From assembly GCA_043228905.1 (NCBI GenBank), contig JBHGNT010000012.1, positions 14,384,001 through 14,448,000 of the forward strand: 64,000 nucleotides of DNA, written 5' to 3'. Shown here one piece after another: positions 1-10,367 of the stretch. The notes under the pieces are model-generated. The model was not told the DNA's origin. It did no database searches and saw only the letters and a list, made by a program, of their open reading frames with translations. Every line of letters starts with the position of its first letter. The stretch's first letter is position 1. This DNA is from Azolla caroliniana (lineage: Eukaryota > Plantae > Polypodiophyta). The position numbers were made by a program, and so were the translations under genes.

Positions 1-369
1 TCCCATAATGCTTTAATCCTCTTGTTAATGAAATTGACTTGTTCATGCACATGCTGATGTATTACCTATTTGAAAATTGTTGGCATAAAAGGCCGACTCT
101 TTCCAACTTGTATCCGTCCTAGTGTGAACTCGTCCATAAGTTAAGGCTTAGTATATAAGCAATAACCTAATGTTATAAAACACATCATCCTCTTGTTTTA
201 TTGTATTGTATCTATGAGAGAGAGAGCAAAAGAGAGAACGTAATAAAGCTTTCCATTAAAGCTCGATCTGTGAAAGTCTCTGTCTCTTCCATTCTCTATG
301 TGTGTTGTTTGCTGTGCAGAACCGAATACAGGTCATCAATAACATTTTCGGATATACACATACGCATCA
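1..369 (+). repeat. 3' part of the 5' LTR of Copia A (start lies outside the window)
   Basis: Ends ...TACGCATCA at 369, followed 2 nt later by a PBS-like TGGTATTAGAG and a Copia gag start at 465; contains TATATAA and AATAAA. Confidence 0.75.
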
Positions 370-371
370 AC

Positions 372-382
372 TGGTATTAGAG
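372..382 (+). promoter_or_regulatory. Primer-binding site (initiator tRNA-Met type, 1 mismatch) of Copia A
   Basis: TGGTATTAGAG vs canonical TGGTATCAGAG, just after the LTR CA. Confidence 0.75.
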
Positions 383-1495
383 AGACCTTGCTTCTTCGCG
401 GCAACAAACAACAGAAGAAGCTGAAAGAAAAGACTAGGTCAGTAAATCTCACTTCAAAAAGAATATGGCTTCAACATCCAGGACAAGAGTTGAAATCAGA
501 AAGTTCAACGACAAAAACTTTGCCCTATGGATGGAGATGATGCAGGATGTGTTGATCATTCAAAGACAGGTCAACGCTATTCGGCACAATGAAAAGCCTA
601 CTACGATGACAACAGAAGAGTGGAGATCAATGGACAAAATAACACTATCCGCCATCTGAATGCATCTGGCTGAAAACGTTTATTTCGGCATGGCAAAGGA
701 GATGACGACGTTCTCATTGTGCGAGAAGCTACAGGCCGTTTACACAAAGAAGTCCGATTTTGATCAAAGAACTTTTCAACATGAAGATGAGAGAGACTGA
801 TCCAGTAGCCTCCCACATCAACCCCTTCAGCCGGGTGTTGTCAGAACTCTCCTCACAAGGGATCAACTTCGAAGAAAAAGTTAAAGCCCTTGCCCTCCTA
901 TCGAGCTTGCCAGCGAGTTGGGAGGTATTCTGCATGACATACGCCAATAGCCGACCGATCCTAAATCTGGATGAAACAATCGGCCAACTCCTCATAGAGG
1001 ACATTCAACGAAAATCGGTGGGACTAACTATTGATGAGTCGGTAGAAGACCACCACTCGACTGACAGAGTCGAACAAGAGAACAAGCTGATAGAACCGGT
1101 CGGAACACCAACCGATCGAAAACGAGGGGAGACTGATAGCGGTAGAAGTCGAGAATAGGCCGATCAAATGAGTTTTGCAGGCATTGCAGAAAAGCTGGCC
1201 ACAATGTTTTAGACTGCGAGTCGATCAAGAGGAAAGAGAGTGGTCGACGATCCAAGCAGAATCGAGGACGATCTGACTCGGACCACTCTCTAGTCGGCAA
1301 CCAAATCAACATTGCCAAAATCAGATCTGAAGAAATCCTCCCCTTAGAGGACTCGATGATCGGAGAAGTTCTCTACAGTGCACAAGATGCACACACGTGA
1401 TTATTGGACTCTAGTGCCACATTCCACGTGACCCCCAACATCAAATGGTTTTCGAACTATTCGGCCGACACCAATGGCACAATCTGACTGGGAAA

Positions 1496-1931
1496 TGTCA
1501 TGATATGGCAAGACTCGAACCCATGACCTTAAGTTATATGGGTCGAGCTCTTGACCATTAGATCATCTATTGTAATACGTACGATATTATTTTCATTTAC
1601 ATTTTATTATAGGAAATTAGTGTATATTCCAGATTTCTCTGGAACATTCTAGAAGCTTCAGGATTACTCTTGAAAACACTATAAAAGAGGGCACTAGGCA
1701 TTATGTTGAACCAAATTGGTTCAACGCCAGTCTTAAGCCTTTTAGCCACCATTGTATATTCTCTTCATATAATACATATCTTTCTTAGCATCACTCTCTC
1801 TCTCTCTCTCAATCTCTCTTTCTCTCTGTCTTGCTCACTTCTTCCTTCTCTCGAAGAAGTTCCACACCTCTCATAGTACTAATCCTTCGTTTAGTACTAA
1901 TTTCTTCTCTGTCTCAGTACTGTTCATGACA
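1496..1931 (+). repeat. 5' LTR of the Tcn1-like element
   Basis: TGTCATG...CATGACA terminal inverted repeat; TATAAAA at 1680; direct repeat of 6768-7207. Confidence 0.95.
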
Positions 1932-2005
1932 GTTTCAACCAATTTTCCCTACCTTTTGTCTCTCTCATTTCCTACTAATCTTTTATTCCTCTTTTCTTTC
2001 ATCCC

Positions 2006-3166
2006 ATGGCCACTGTTAGTGCTGAAGAATATCAATTTGTTTTCTCGGAATTTCAATGCTTGAAGGAGAAGTTCCATGCTTTGGAACAAGAAAACCAACG
2101 GTTGCTGGGGGATCTTCAGCAAATCTCCTTAGAAAAGCAGCAAACGCAACAACAACATGGGGAACTTGCGTTACGTGTGCAAAAACTCGAAGCAACCATC
2201 GTAGCGATGCAACAACAAGGGCCCAGAACACAAGGGATTCATAAAGAACCCAAGATTGGCCTTCCCACGAAGTTCGATGGAACGCGATCGCAGTTTAGAG
2301 GGTTCCTTAACCAGGTACGATTAGTTATTGAAATGCATCCTTCCCGATATCCCACCGATGCCTCATGAGTGGGTTTAGTAAGCACTTTGTTAAGTGGCTC
2401 AGCGTTGTCATGGTTCGCTCCACTATTAGAAAAGGAATCTCCGTTACTCAACAATTTTGAAGAGTTTCTAGGTGAGTTTAAAGCATGTTTCGGAGATACT
2501 GACAGCATCAGGACTGCAATCAACAAAATCCGGCGATTACGCCAAGGTGACCGTCCAGCCTCTGCATACGCTGCAGATTTTCGCCTACTCGCCGCCGATA
2601 TCCCTTGGGATGACCAAGCGTTGATGGAGCAATTCCGTTATGGTTTACGCATCGATGTCAAGGATTTACTATTGACCTTCCCCGAAGAGCCAAAGTCCTT
2701 AACAGAAGCAATTAGTTGCGCGGTGAGATGTGACAACCGCCTCTTTGAGCAACGTTCGGAACGACAGCTACAGATGCCGAGGGCAAGATCAGAGCCCACC
2801 TATGCCTCAGTGGTAGCAAGACCTTTTCTGAGGGAGTCATATAATGCGCCTCGAGCGAATACTCCGACTCCGATGGAGATTGACACTACACGTCATCGAG
2901 GGCAATTATCCGAAGAAGAAAAGCAGCGACGTCGTACAAATCGACTATGTCTTTACTGTGGTGGACCAAGACATATCGCAATAAATTGCCCCCATAGGCC
3001 AAGAAGACAGGTAAACCAAATAGTCGCTAGTTCTAATTGTACTAAATCCGAGCCTATTTCAGTAGGGATATCTGATAGTCCTAATAGTACTAATAGTACT
3101 AATATCCCAAATCTAGCAAACAAATTTGATGTCCTTAGTCAGTTAGAAGAAGAGTTAAACGACTAA
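2006..3166 (+). pseudogene. gag: gag of the Tcn1-like element (one premature TGA at 2366-2368)
   Basis: Coiled-coil N-terminus, PTKFDGTRSQFRGFL, PTPMEID, CLYCGGPRHIAINC zinc knuckle; ORFs 2006-2368 and 2369-3166 are in one frame. Confidence 0.9.
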
Positions 3167-6100
3167 GTCCAGCCAAAATAGGAGCCGTTTGGTTGGACAA
3201 CCCTAGATCTGTGCAACCCATTAGTGGTTCCATTCCCTTTAAGCAAGTTAGTGATGTGTTCGTAGCCCAAGTAATAGTTAGTACTAAAAGTACCCCTCCA
3301 GTACATGTCCTAGCACTCCTAGATTCCGGAGCTAACTCTTGCTTTATGGATAAGAAATTTGCTCAAGCTCATAAGATATCCCTAAGAAAACTCCAATGTC
3401 CAGCCTCTGTAGTAGTCATTGTTGGACGTCCCATTGCTTCCGGAAATATCATAGAAGAGTCAGAGCCCATTAATATTGTCCTAGATAACTTAGCGTGTGT
3501 AGTATCATTTAATATTATTAGTATCCCAGAACATCCTATAGTTTTAGGATTACCGTGGTTCGAGTTACATAACCCAAACATATATTGGAGAACAAGAGAA
3601 ATCCGGTGTCGACAAACCCAAGGGTCAACTCAGAAGATGGCAACCATTTCGCTACGTCAGTTGCGTAAAGAAGGGCGCAAGGAGGAAATGTTCCTCTTTG
3701 CAATATCAGTAAACCCCTCTAGCACCACTAAAGAAGAATCCACCGTTCAACTTCCCGAGAAGTATCGTCATTACGCCGATGTGTTCGATAAAGTACAAGC
3801 CAACACACTTCCTCATCATCGACCGTATGATTGCCCCATCGATTTACAACCGGGAAAAGAGCCGCCATGGGGACCGATCTACAATTTGTCACCAACCGAG
3901 CTGGAAGTCCTTCGGGCCTATATAGAGGAGAATTTGGAAAATGGTTTCATTCGGCATTCGAAATCTCCAGCCGGCGCGCCCATTTTCTTCGTCAAAAAAA
4001 AAGATGGATCGCTTCGTCTCGTTGTAGATTACCGTGGCTTGAATAAGGTTACAATCAAGAATACTTATGCTCTTCCCCTTATCTCAAGTCTTTTAGAACG
4101 GATCAATGGTGCCAGGTTCTTCACGATGATCGACTTACAGGGAGCATATAACCTCGTACGGATCCGACCAGGAGACGAATGGAAGACCGCGTTTTGCACC
4201 AGATATGGGCACTTCGAGTATACGGTCATGCCGTTCGGCCTCACTAATGCGCTGACAGTCTTCCAGCACATGGCTAATGATATATTCCGAGATCTATTGG
4301 ATGATTGTTTGATCATCTATTTAGATGATCTACTGGTTTATTCAAAGACCCAAGAAGAACATGATTCTCATGTACTATTAGTACTAAAACGACTTCGAGA
4401 ACATGGTCTGTATGCAAAGCTAGAATAATGTAGTTTCAGGTGCAACCAAGTGGAATTTCTCGGCTACATCATTTCGTCAGAAGGCATCTCCATGGACCCA
4501 ACTAAGGTCAAAACGGTGGTAGAATGGCAGACTCCGCGTTCGGTGCGGGATGTGCAATACTTCTTAGGCTTTGCCAATTTTTACCGGAAGTTTATACAAG
4601 ATTACTCAAAGATCGTTCTACCTCTCACACAACATACCAGGAAGGGACAACCGTTCATCTGGTCTGAAGAAACGGACATGGCTTTCGAGAGTCTTAAAAA
4701 GGCATTTACATCGGCTCCAATTCTAGCTCATGTCGATCTGGAAAAACCATTCATTATCGAAGCTGACGCATCGGATTTTGCATTGGGGAGCATTCTGTCA
4801 CAACAGGGGAATGATGAGAAGCTACATCCTGTGGCTTTTCACTCACGCAAGTTTGACGCCACCGAAATCAACTACGAAATTCATGATAAGGAGCTATTGG
4901 CAATAGTGGATTCTTTTATGCAATGGAGGCATTTTCTGGAGGGATCCTCTCATCCGGTCACCGTATTTAGTGACCACAAGAATCTTGCCTACTTTCAGGA
5001 TGCTCGTGTGTTGAATCGACGTCAAGCTCGGTGGGCCCACTTCCTCATGCGTTTCGACTTCAAAATTACATATCGTCCGAGGAGGCACCAAGGGAAGGCA
5101 GATGCATTATCACGACGTTCGTATCTAGCACCCCGTCCCGGCGAGCCAACTTTCGATAACCAAAAACAAGTCATCTTGGGACCGACACGACTACAAGCAA
5201 CACAGATCTTTGACATGCGTATGGATTCCCGCGTTATCGATACCATACGTGAAGACTTGAAGACAGATGCGTTCGCCCAAGCTATACTAGCACAAATTGA
5301 TCCCTCTCGAGCGTCGTGTTCACAGTCGCAACCACCAGGTACGGACTATCGGCAATTCAAATACCATGATGGATTACTCTTCTTTAAAGAACTTTTGTAT
5401 GTTCCTAATGGTTCTTGCCGCCTTCAAGTAATACAAAACTGTCATGACACATATACAGATGGGCATTTTGGTAGTACTAAAACATTACATTTAGTACAAC
5501 GAACATTCTGGTGGCCCTGTATGCGACAATTTGTCGAGGATTTTGTTCAGACTTGTGATACATGTTGCAGAGCGAAAATGCCAAGGCATCATCCATATGG
5601 TTTATTAGAACCATTACCAATTCCAAGCAAGCCGTGGCAATCCATTGCTCTAGAATTCATCACAGATCTTCCAGTCTCTAAGGGGTTCAATGCGATTCTA
5701 ACGGTGGTCGATCGATATACGAAGATGGCTCATTTCTTGCCATGTACTAAGGAGATCTCCAGTGAAGACACTGCCGAAATTGTCATGCGTGAAGTATGTC
5801 GGCATCATGGACTTCCCGATAGTATCATCAGTGACCGTGGACCCCAGTTCGTGTCAAAATTCTGGAAGCACCTTTTTAACATGCTCAAGGTCACTTGTAA
5901 CCTCTCCTCCGGCTACCACCCACAAACCGACGGCCAAGCCGAACGAACCAATCAAATGTTGGAGCAGTATCTGCGGTGCTTTCTCAGCTATCATCAGGAT
6001 GATTGGGCAGATATTCTCCACTTCGCCGAATTTGCCTATAACAACTCTATCCACGCATCCACGAAAGTTACGCCATTTTATGCTTATACGGGATGTCACC

Positions 6101-6775
6101 CACGGTGGAGTGTACTTGAAACCCCAGAGGTGTCCACAAATCCGTACGCGGAGGATCGTTTGGAGCAGTTACGCAAGATACAAGCGGATTTATCAACTGA
6201 TCTCCAACAAGCTCAACAAGCACACAAGGTCTACGTGGATCGTCATCGACTTCCATCCAGTTTTTATATTGGAGATTGGGTGTGGCTGCTACGACGACAC
6301 ATCAAGACTACTCGTCCATGTGAGAAGTTAGATTATCAGCGATTAGGTCCTTTCCATATTATTGGACAGATTAATGATGTCGCTTTTCGTCTCGATCTAC
6401 CTCCTCAACTTCAGATATATCCTACCTCCTCAACTTCAGATACATCCGGTGTTTCATAGCTCTCTCCTCGAACCCTACCACGAGAGCACCATCCCAGGAC
6501 GCCTTATCCAACCTCCACCCCCGATCGAGCTTGAAGATGGGCCGGAGTACGAGGTTGCCGCCATCCTTGATTCCAAGATTGTTCGCAACAAGCTCTACTA
6601 TCTAGTCGATTGGTTAGGCTATAGCCCCAACGAACGTACTTGGGAACCGATCGAGAATGTGATCAATGCTCGTGCTCTTCTTGAAGACTTCCATCGTCAA
6701 TATCCACACAAACCAGGTCCTCAATCCAAGACGACTCGTGACACTCGTCGTTTTAAAGGGGGGATAGAGTCATGA
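3155..6775 (+). pseudogene. pol: pol (PR-RT-RNaseH-IN-chromodomain) of the Tcn1-like element, in -1 frame to gag
   Basis: LLDSGA, YLDD, EADASD, HPQTDGQAER, chromodomain YEVAAILDSK..YYLVDWLGYSPNERTWEP; stop at 4426-4428; frameshift from a 25-bp duplication at 6397-6446. Confidence 0.92.
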
Positions 6776-7207
6776 TATGGCAAGACTCGAACCCATGACC
6801 TTAGGTTATATGGGTCGAGCTCTTGACCATTAGATCATCTATTGTAATACGTACGATATTATTTTCATTTATATTTTATTATAGGAAATTAGTGTATATT
6901 CCAGATTTCTCTGGAACATTCTAGAAGCTTCAGGATTACTCCTGAAAACACTATAAAAGAGGGCACTAGACATTATGTTGAACCAAATTGGTTCAACGCC
7001 AGTCTTAAGCCTTTTAGCCACCATTGTATATTCTCTTCATATAATACATATCTTTCTTGTCATCACTCACTCTCTCTCTCTCTCAATCTCCCTCTTTCTC
7101 TCTGTCTCGCTCACTTCTTCCTTCTCTCGAAGAAGTTCCACACCTCTCATAGTACTAATCCTTCGTTTAGTACTAGTTTCTTCTTTGTCTCAGTACTGTT
7201 CATGACA
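6768..7207 (+). repeat. 3' LTR of the Tcn1-like element
   Basis: Direct repeat of 1496-1931 with roughly ten substitutions plus small microsatellite indels; first base mutated (AGTCATG). Confidence 0.95.
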
Positions 7208-7353
7208 GGAAACAGGTAGGAGTGCAAGATTTCCAGAAATGGAGAGGTTCCCATCATATTGCCAAATGGCAACACAATAACCCTGCACCGAGTACGACAC
7301 ATACCTGATTTGAGATGGAACCTGGTCTCCATCAGCATGTTACCCAAAGACGG

Positions 7354-9389
7354 TGTCGTGTTTATTCACGGCCATAGTGAGAAAACCGGAGATGTTAATG
7401 GCATCGGCGGAGTGCATCATGTGCACTTACCCTTGTATAAAAGTGTAAGATAATTGGGGCACCTTTATGGCGCCGAATAGGAGTTAAGTTGGGACAGAGG
7501 ATCCCATGTAAAGCGGGATTTATCCCACATAGTTACGCGACCCTCTCCTTGTTCTATAAAAGGGAGGGCGTGCCCCTTGTACAAGGATTCCCATTCATTT
7601 GGGTCCCAAACAGTTTTATTCCCATTTCTGGGTTCCATAGGTTCCCCTATGCAGGTAGGTTCAGAGCCATGCTCACAACAACCTCACCTCTCATGTTTTC
7701 AGAACCCTAATTTCTCCCCTTTCTTTTTTCGCTCCTCACATCCCCCTTTCTCTTCATATGGAGGCAGCTTGTACGAACAAACGTCTCCCCCCCTCACCTC
7801 TCCCTCTCACTTATATCCATATCTCCCCCATGCCCCTACATTACTTCCCGATAATCTAACTCATGTCCCCCCTTATTTTGCCCCTAATTCACATACTACC
7901 CTTCCCCCTCCTTTTTCTAATTTTCATTCAGCCCCCCCACCTTTTCCTACCCCTTTTGTTGAACCCCCCTCCTCTAACTCTTTCCGTTAGAAGAGCTCTT
8001 ATATCACCTTAATAGTATAGTACATAAAAATCTAGGAACACTTTCCTTTATAGAAGTTAATTATATACTCCATAAACCCCTAAAGGGATATCAAGTATCT
8101 AATATTGACTTCCTTCCTAAACTCTATAAAACACCCATTGGATTTAGACCCATATGTTCTTATAATAACTCGATATTCGAGCAAACCTCGAAATGGCTAC
8201 ATTTTCAACTTTTACCCATCCTAGTACTCCAAAAACAATACCTAAAAGACTCACACTCCCTCATCCAAAAACTAGAACAACTAAACCCCCCTCCTAATAG
8301 TTTCATTTTCTCTTTTGATGTAGAATCCCTTTATCCTAGCATCCCCCCTAAGTTAGGACTCGAAGCACTTTGGCATATCATCTCCCTCCATTTTTCCTTA
8401 GCAAAGACTAATCTTATCTATAGCCTTAATGCTCTAACCCTAGAGTATCACTACCTAACCTTCGATAATCAAGTATACCAACAAATCAAAGGAACAACCA
8501 TGGGCATCAACTTCTCAGTTGTCTATGCATGCCTTTTCTTATCACACTTAGAAAACTCACAAACCACACCCCATCTCTTCTATTTTACTAGGTACATAGA
8601 TGATGCCTTCGGGGTTTGGACTGGTACGAAACCTCAACTCTTAGAATACCTCGGTTTCTATAGCCGTATGACCAATAACTCCATTAAACTTGTGATCCAT
8701 ACGTCCCCCACTAGGCTCCCTTTCTTGGATATTTGGATTAATCTAGAGAACTCTAAGTTCTCTTTCAATTGTTTCCAAAAACCATTAAATTCCTATCAAT
8801 ATCTTCCCTTCTCTTCAGACCATCCCATACACGTTAAACAAAATTTTATTTCAAATGAATTAAAACGCTACCTAGTTAGAGAAAGCACACCTATAGGGTA
8901 CTTAGAAATGAAAAAGCGTTTCTTCTTTAGACTCATTAGTCGAGGTTACCTGCTCCATTTCATCCTTAAGGCTTTTAAAAAACATCATTTCTCCCTTAGG
9001 AATACTCTCATCCATAGGCATAAAAACAAATCTTCCCTTACACCTACCATATTCAAGCTTAGGTACTCGAAAAACTCCCCTAAATTAGGCATCCACTCGT
9101 TTTTACAAGACTTACATGCTGACCTTAGGCTAGATCCCCAACTAAAAGACATCCCTAAGCCTTTTATATGTTGGACCAAGTCAAAATCACTCTATTCTTA
9201 TCTAGTCAAAACTAAATATATTGGATCCCCAAATCCCCATTAAAACGTCACACTTATCATTGGTATCTATTTAGTATAACTAAATCCCCAAAATCATCCC
9301 TTCCCATCAAACTCATTAAGCTATCCCTCTACTTTAACTACCTCCCTAACTCCCACATCCTCCTTTATACAGATTCAAAACTCCTCTCT

Positions 9390-9432
<43 letters not shown>

Positions 9433-9727
9433 TCCTCCACTATTCTCTTTTGAACTATTCTTTAGATACCATACTATTTAACCTAATTATTCAACCGCCG
9501 AAGGTTATTCGCTCGCACTCCTTGCTTAGGCCATACGACCAACAACTACTCAAGATTCCATTCTGTTCCTTGTTTGAGGTTCCATTTTGATGTTAATAAA
9601 CTTTGTGTGTAAGATCAGTTTCTGCCCTCAGTCTTGTTCTTCGATGGTCTATCTCTGTTAGGGTTTCATCTATGTGGGTGCGTTTGGGTGTGGCAAGCAG
9701 CGTGCGGACGGTCTTCGACCTTCTTGT
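7354..9727 (+). repeat. Probable LTR (U3 ~7354-7596, R/U5 ~9551-9727) interrupted by the Penelope-like element
   Basis: Begins TG where Copia A coding ends; CTATAAAAGGGAGGG TATA context near 7554; AATAAA and TTAGGGTTT after 9551; no partner LTR or terminal CA found. Confidence 0.4.
7978..9243 (+). CDS. Penelope-like element (PLE) reverse transcriptase, ~420 uninterrupted codons, no C-terminal GIY-YIG endonuclease
   Basis: Frame open from 7978 (first ATG 8500): FLPKLYKTPIGFRPICS, YLKDSHSL, SFDVESLYPSIP, QQIKGTTMG, YFTRYIDDAFGVW, LPFLDI, KPLNSYQYLPFSSDHPIHVK; ends KSLYSYLVKTKY..stop. Confidence 0.88.
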   Translation, partial: LFPLEELLYHLNSIVHKNLGTLSFIEVNYILHKPLKGYQVSNIDFLPKLYKTPIGFRPICSYNNSIFEQTSKWLHFQLLPILVLQKQYLKDSHSLIQKLEQLNPPPNSFIFSFDVESLYPSIPPKLGLEALWHIISLHFSLAKTNLIYSLNALTLEYHYLTFDNQVYQQIKGTTMGINFSVVYACLFLSHLENSQTTPHLFYFTRYIDDAFGVWTGTKPQLLEYLGFYSRMTNNSIKLVIHTSPTRLPFLDIWINLENSKFSFNCFQKPLNSYQYLPFSSDHPIHVKQNFISNELKRYLVRESTPIGYLEMKKRFFFRLISRGYLLHFILKAFKKHHFSLRNTLIHRHKNKSSLTPTIFKLRYSKNSPKLGIHSFLQDLHADLRLDPQLKDIPKPFICWTKSKSLYSYLVKTKYIGSPNPH

Positions 9728-10312
9728 TGTTAGGAATATGTCCCTCAAATGGGAGGAACCGACTGCTGAGAAGTAGTTGACAGTTGATGAGTCGGAAGAG
9801 CTGACCGCCGGAAAGTAGTTGACAATCGAAGACTGAGAGGAGCTGACTGTCGGAAATGTGCCAATAGTCAAAGACAAAAGGGAGAATCGACTGTTCGGAC
9901 AAAGGAGAGTCGACAATCGAAGAATCGGAAGAACTGATTGTTCGGAAATAGTCGACATTCGAAGAGTCGACAACAAAGAGTCGACTGTCTAAAGAGACTA
10001 ATTATTATTATAGTAATAATAATAATGATATGTAGCAGTGGCTACAGTTGTAAATAGCCCATACTGTGTATAAGTATAAATACAATTAGGGAAAAATGTT
10101 AGTGCATGTGCGTGTAGAGAGAGTGTAGAACAGAAAGAGAGAGAGCACGACTGTGAGGTTGTGCAGAGAGAGAGTGAGAGAGTAGCGCCATAACTATATC
10201 TGTTGCAGCAGATGCCAAGAGCCCTGTGTGGCTGATACACTCGTAGGAGTGTTGTAACATTCTCTGTGTTGTATATCCATTATACATAGTGAAGCTCTAT
10301 TCCGGTGGTAGC

Positions 10313-10319
<7 letters not shown>
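9728..10319 (+). repeat. Truncated Copia-type LTR with degenerate internal tandem repeats
   Basis: Starts TGTTAGGAATATGTCCCTC (cf. Copia B LTR TGTTATATAAGATTGTCCCTC); repeated GTCGACAATCGAAGA-like units; TATAAATA near 10076; ends in (GA)n. Confidence 0.55.

Positions 10320-10360
<41 letters not shown>

Positions 10361-10367
<7 letters not shown>

Larger units (their letters stand above)
1496..7207 (+). mobile_element. Full-length Ty3/Gypsy chromovirus, Tcn1-like (group I chromodomain), mildly decayed
   Basis: Two ~440 bp LTRs, TSD GGAAA (1491-1495 / 7208-7212), PPT AAAGGGGGGATAG 6755-6767, order gag-PR-RT-RH-IN-chromodomain; clade assignment is by motif only. Confidence 0.93.
465..7353 (+). 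pseudogene. Decayed Ty1/Copia gag-protease (Copia A); coding pieces 465-1495 and 7213-7353, split by the Tcn1-like insertion and truncated at 7353
   Basis: KFNDKNFALW gag N-terminus, LLSSLPASWE, CRHCRKAGH knuckle remnant, LLDSSATFHVTP protease, LHRVRHIPDLRWNLVSI resuming after the TSD; stops and frameshifts; resembles the Copia E/F protein. Confidence 0.85.

Noticed and set aside
7577-7990. Proline-rich 137-aa ORF as a PLE ORF1
   Set aside because: Explained by C/T-rich composition; no recognisable domain
9613-9636. Hammerhead ribozyme near the PLE (minus strand CTGAGGGCAGAAAC)
   Set aside because: Core deviates from CUGANGA, stems are unconvincing, and it is antisense to the RT
7700-9670. 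Telomeric repeats associated with the PLE
   Set aside because: Only isolated AACCCTAA / TTAGGGTTT words, no array
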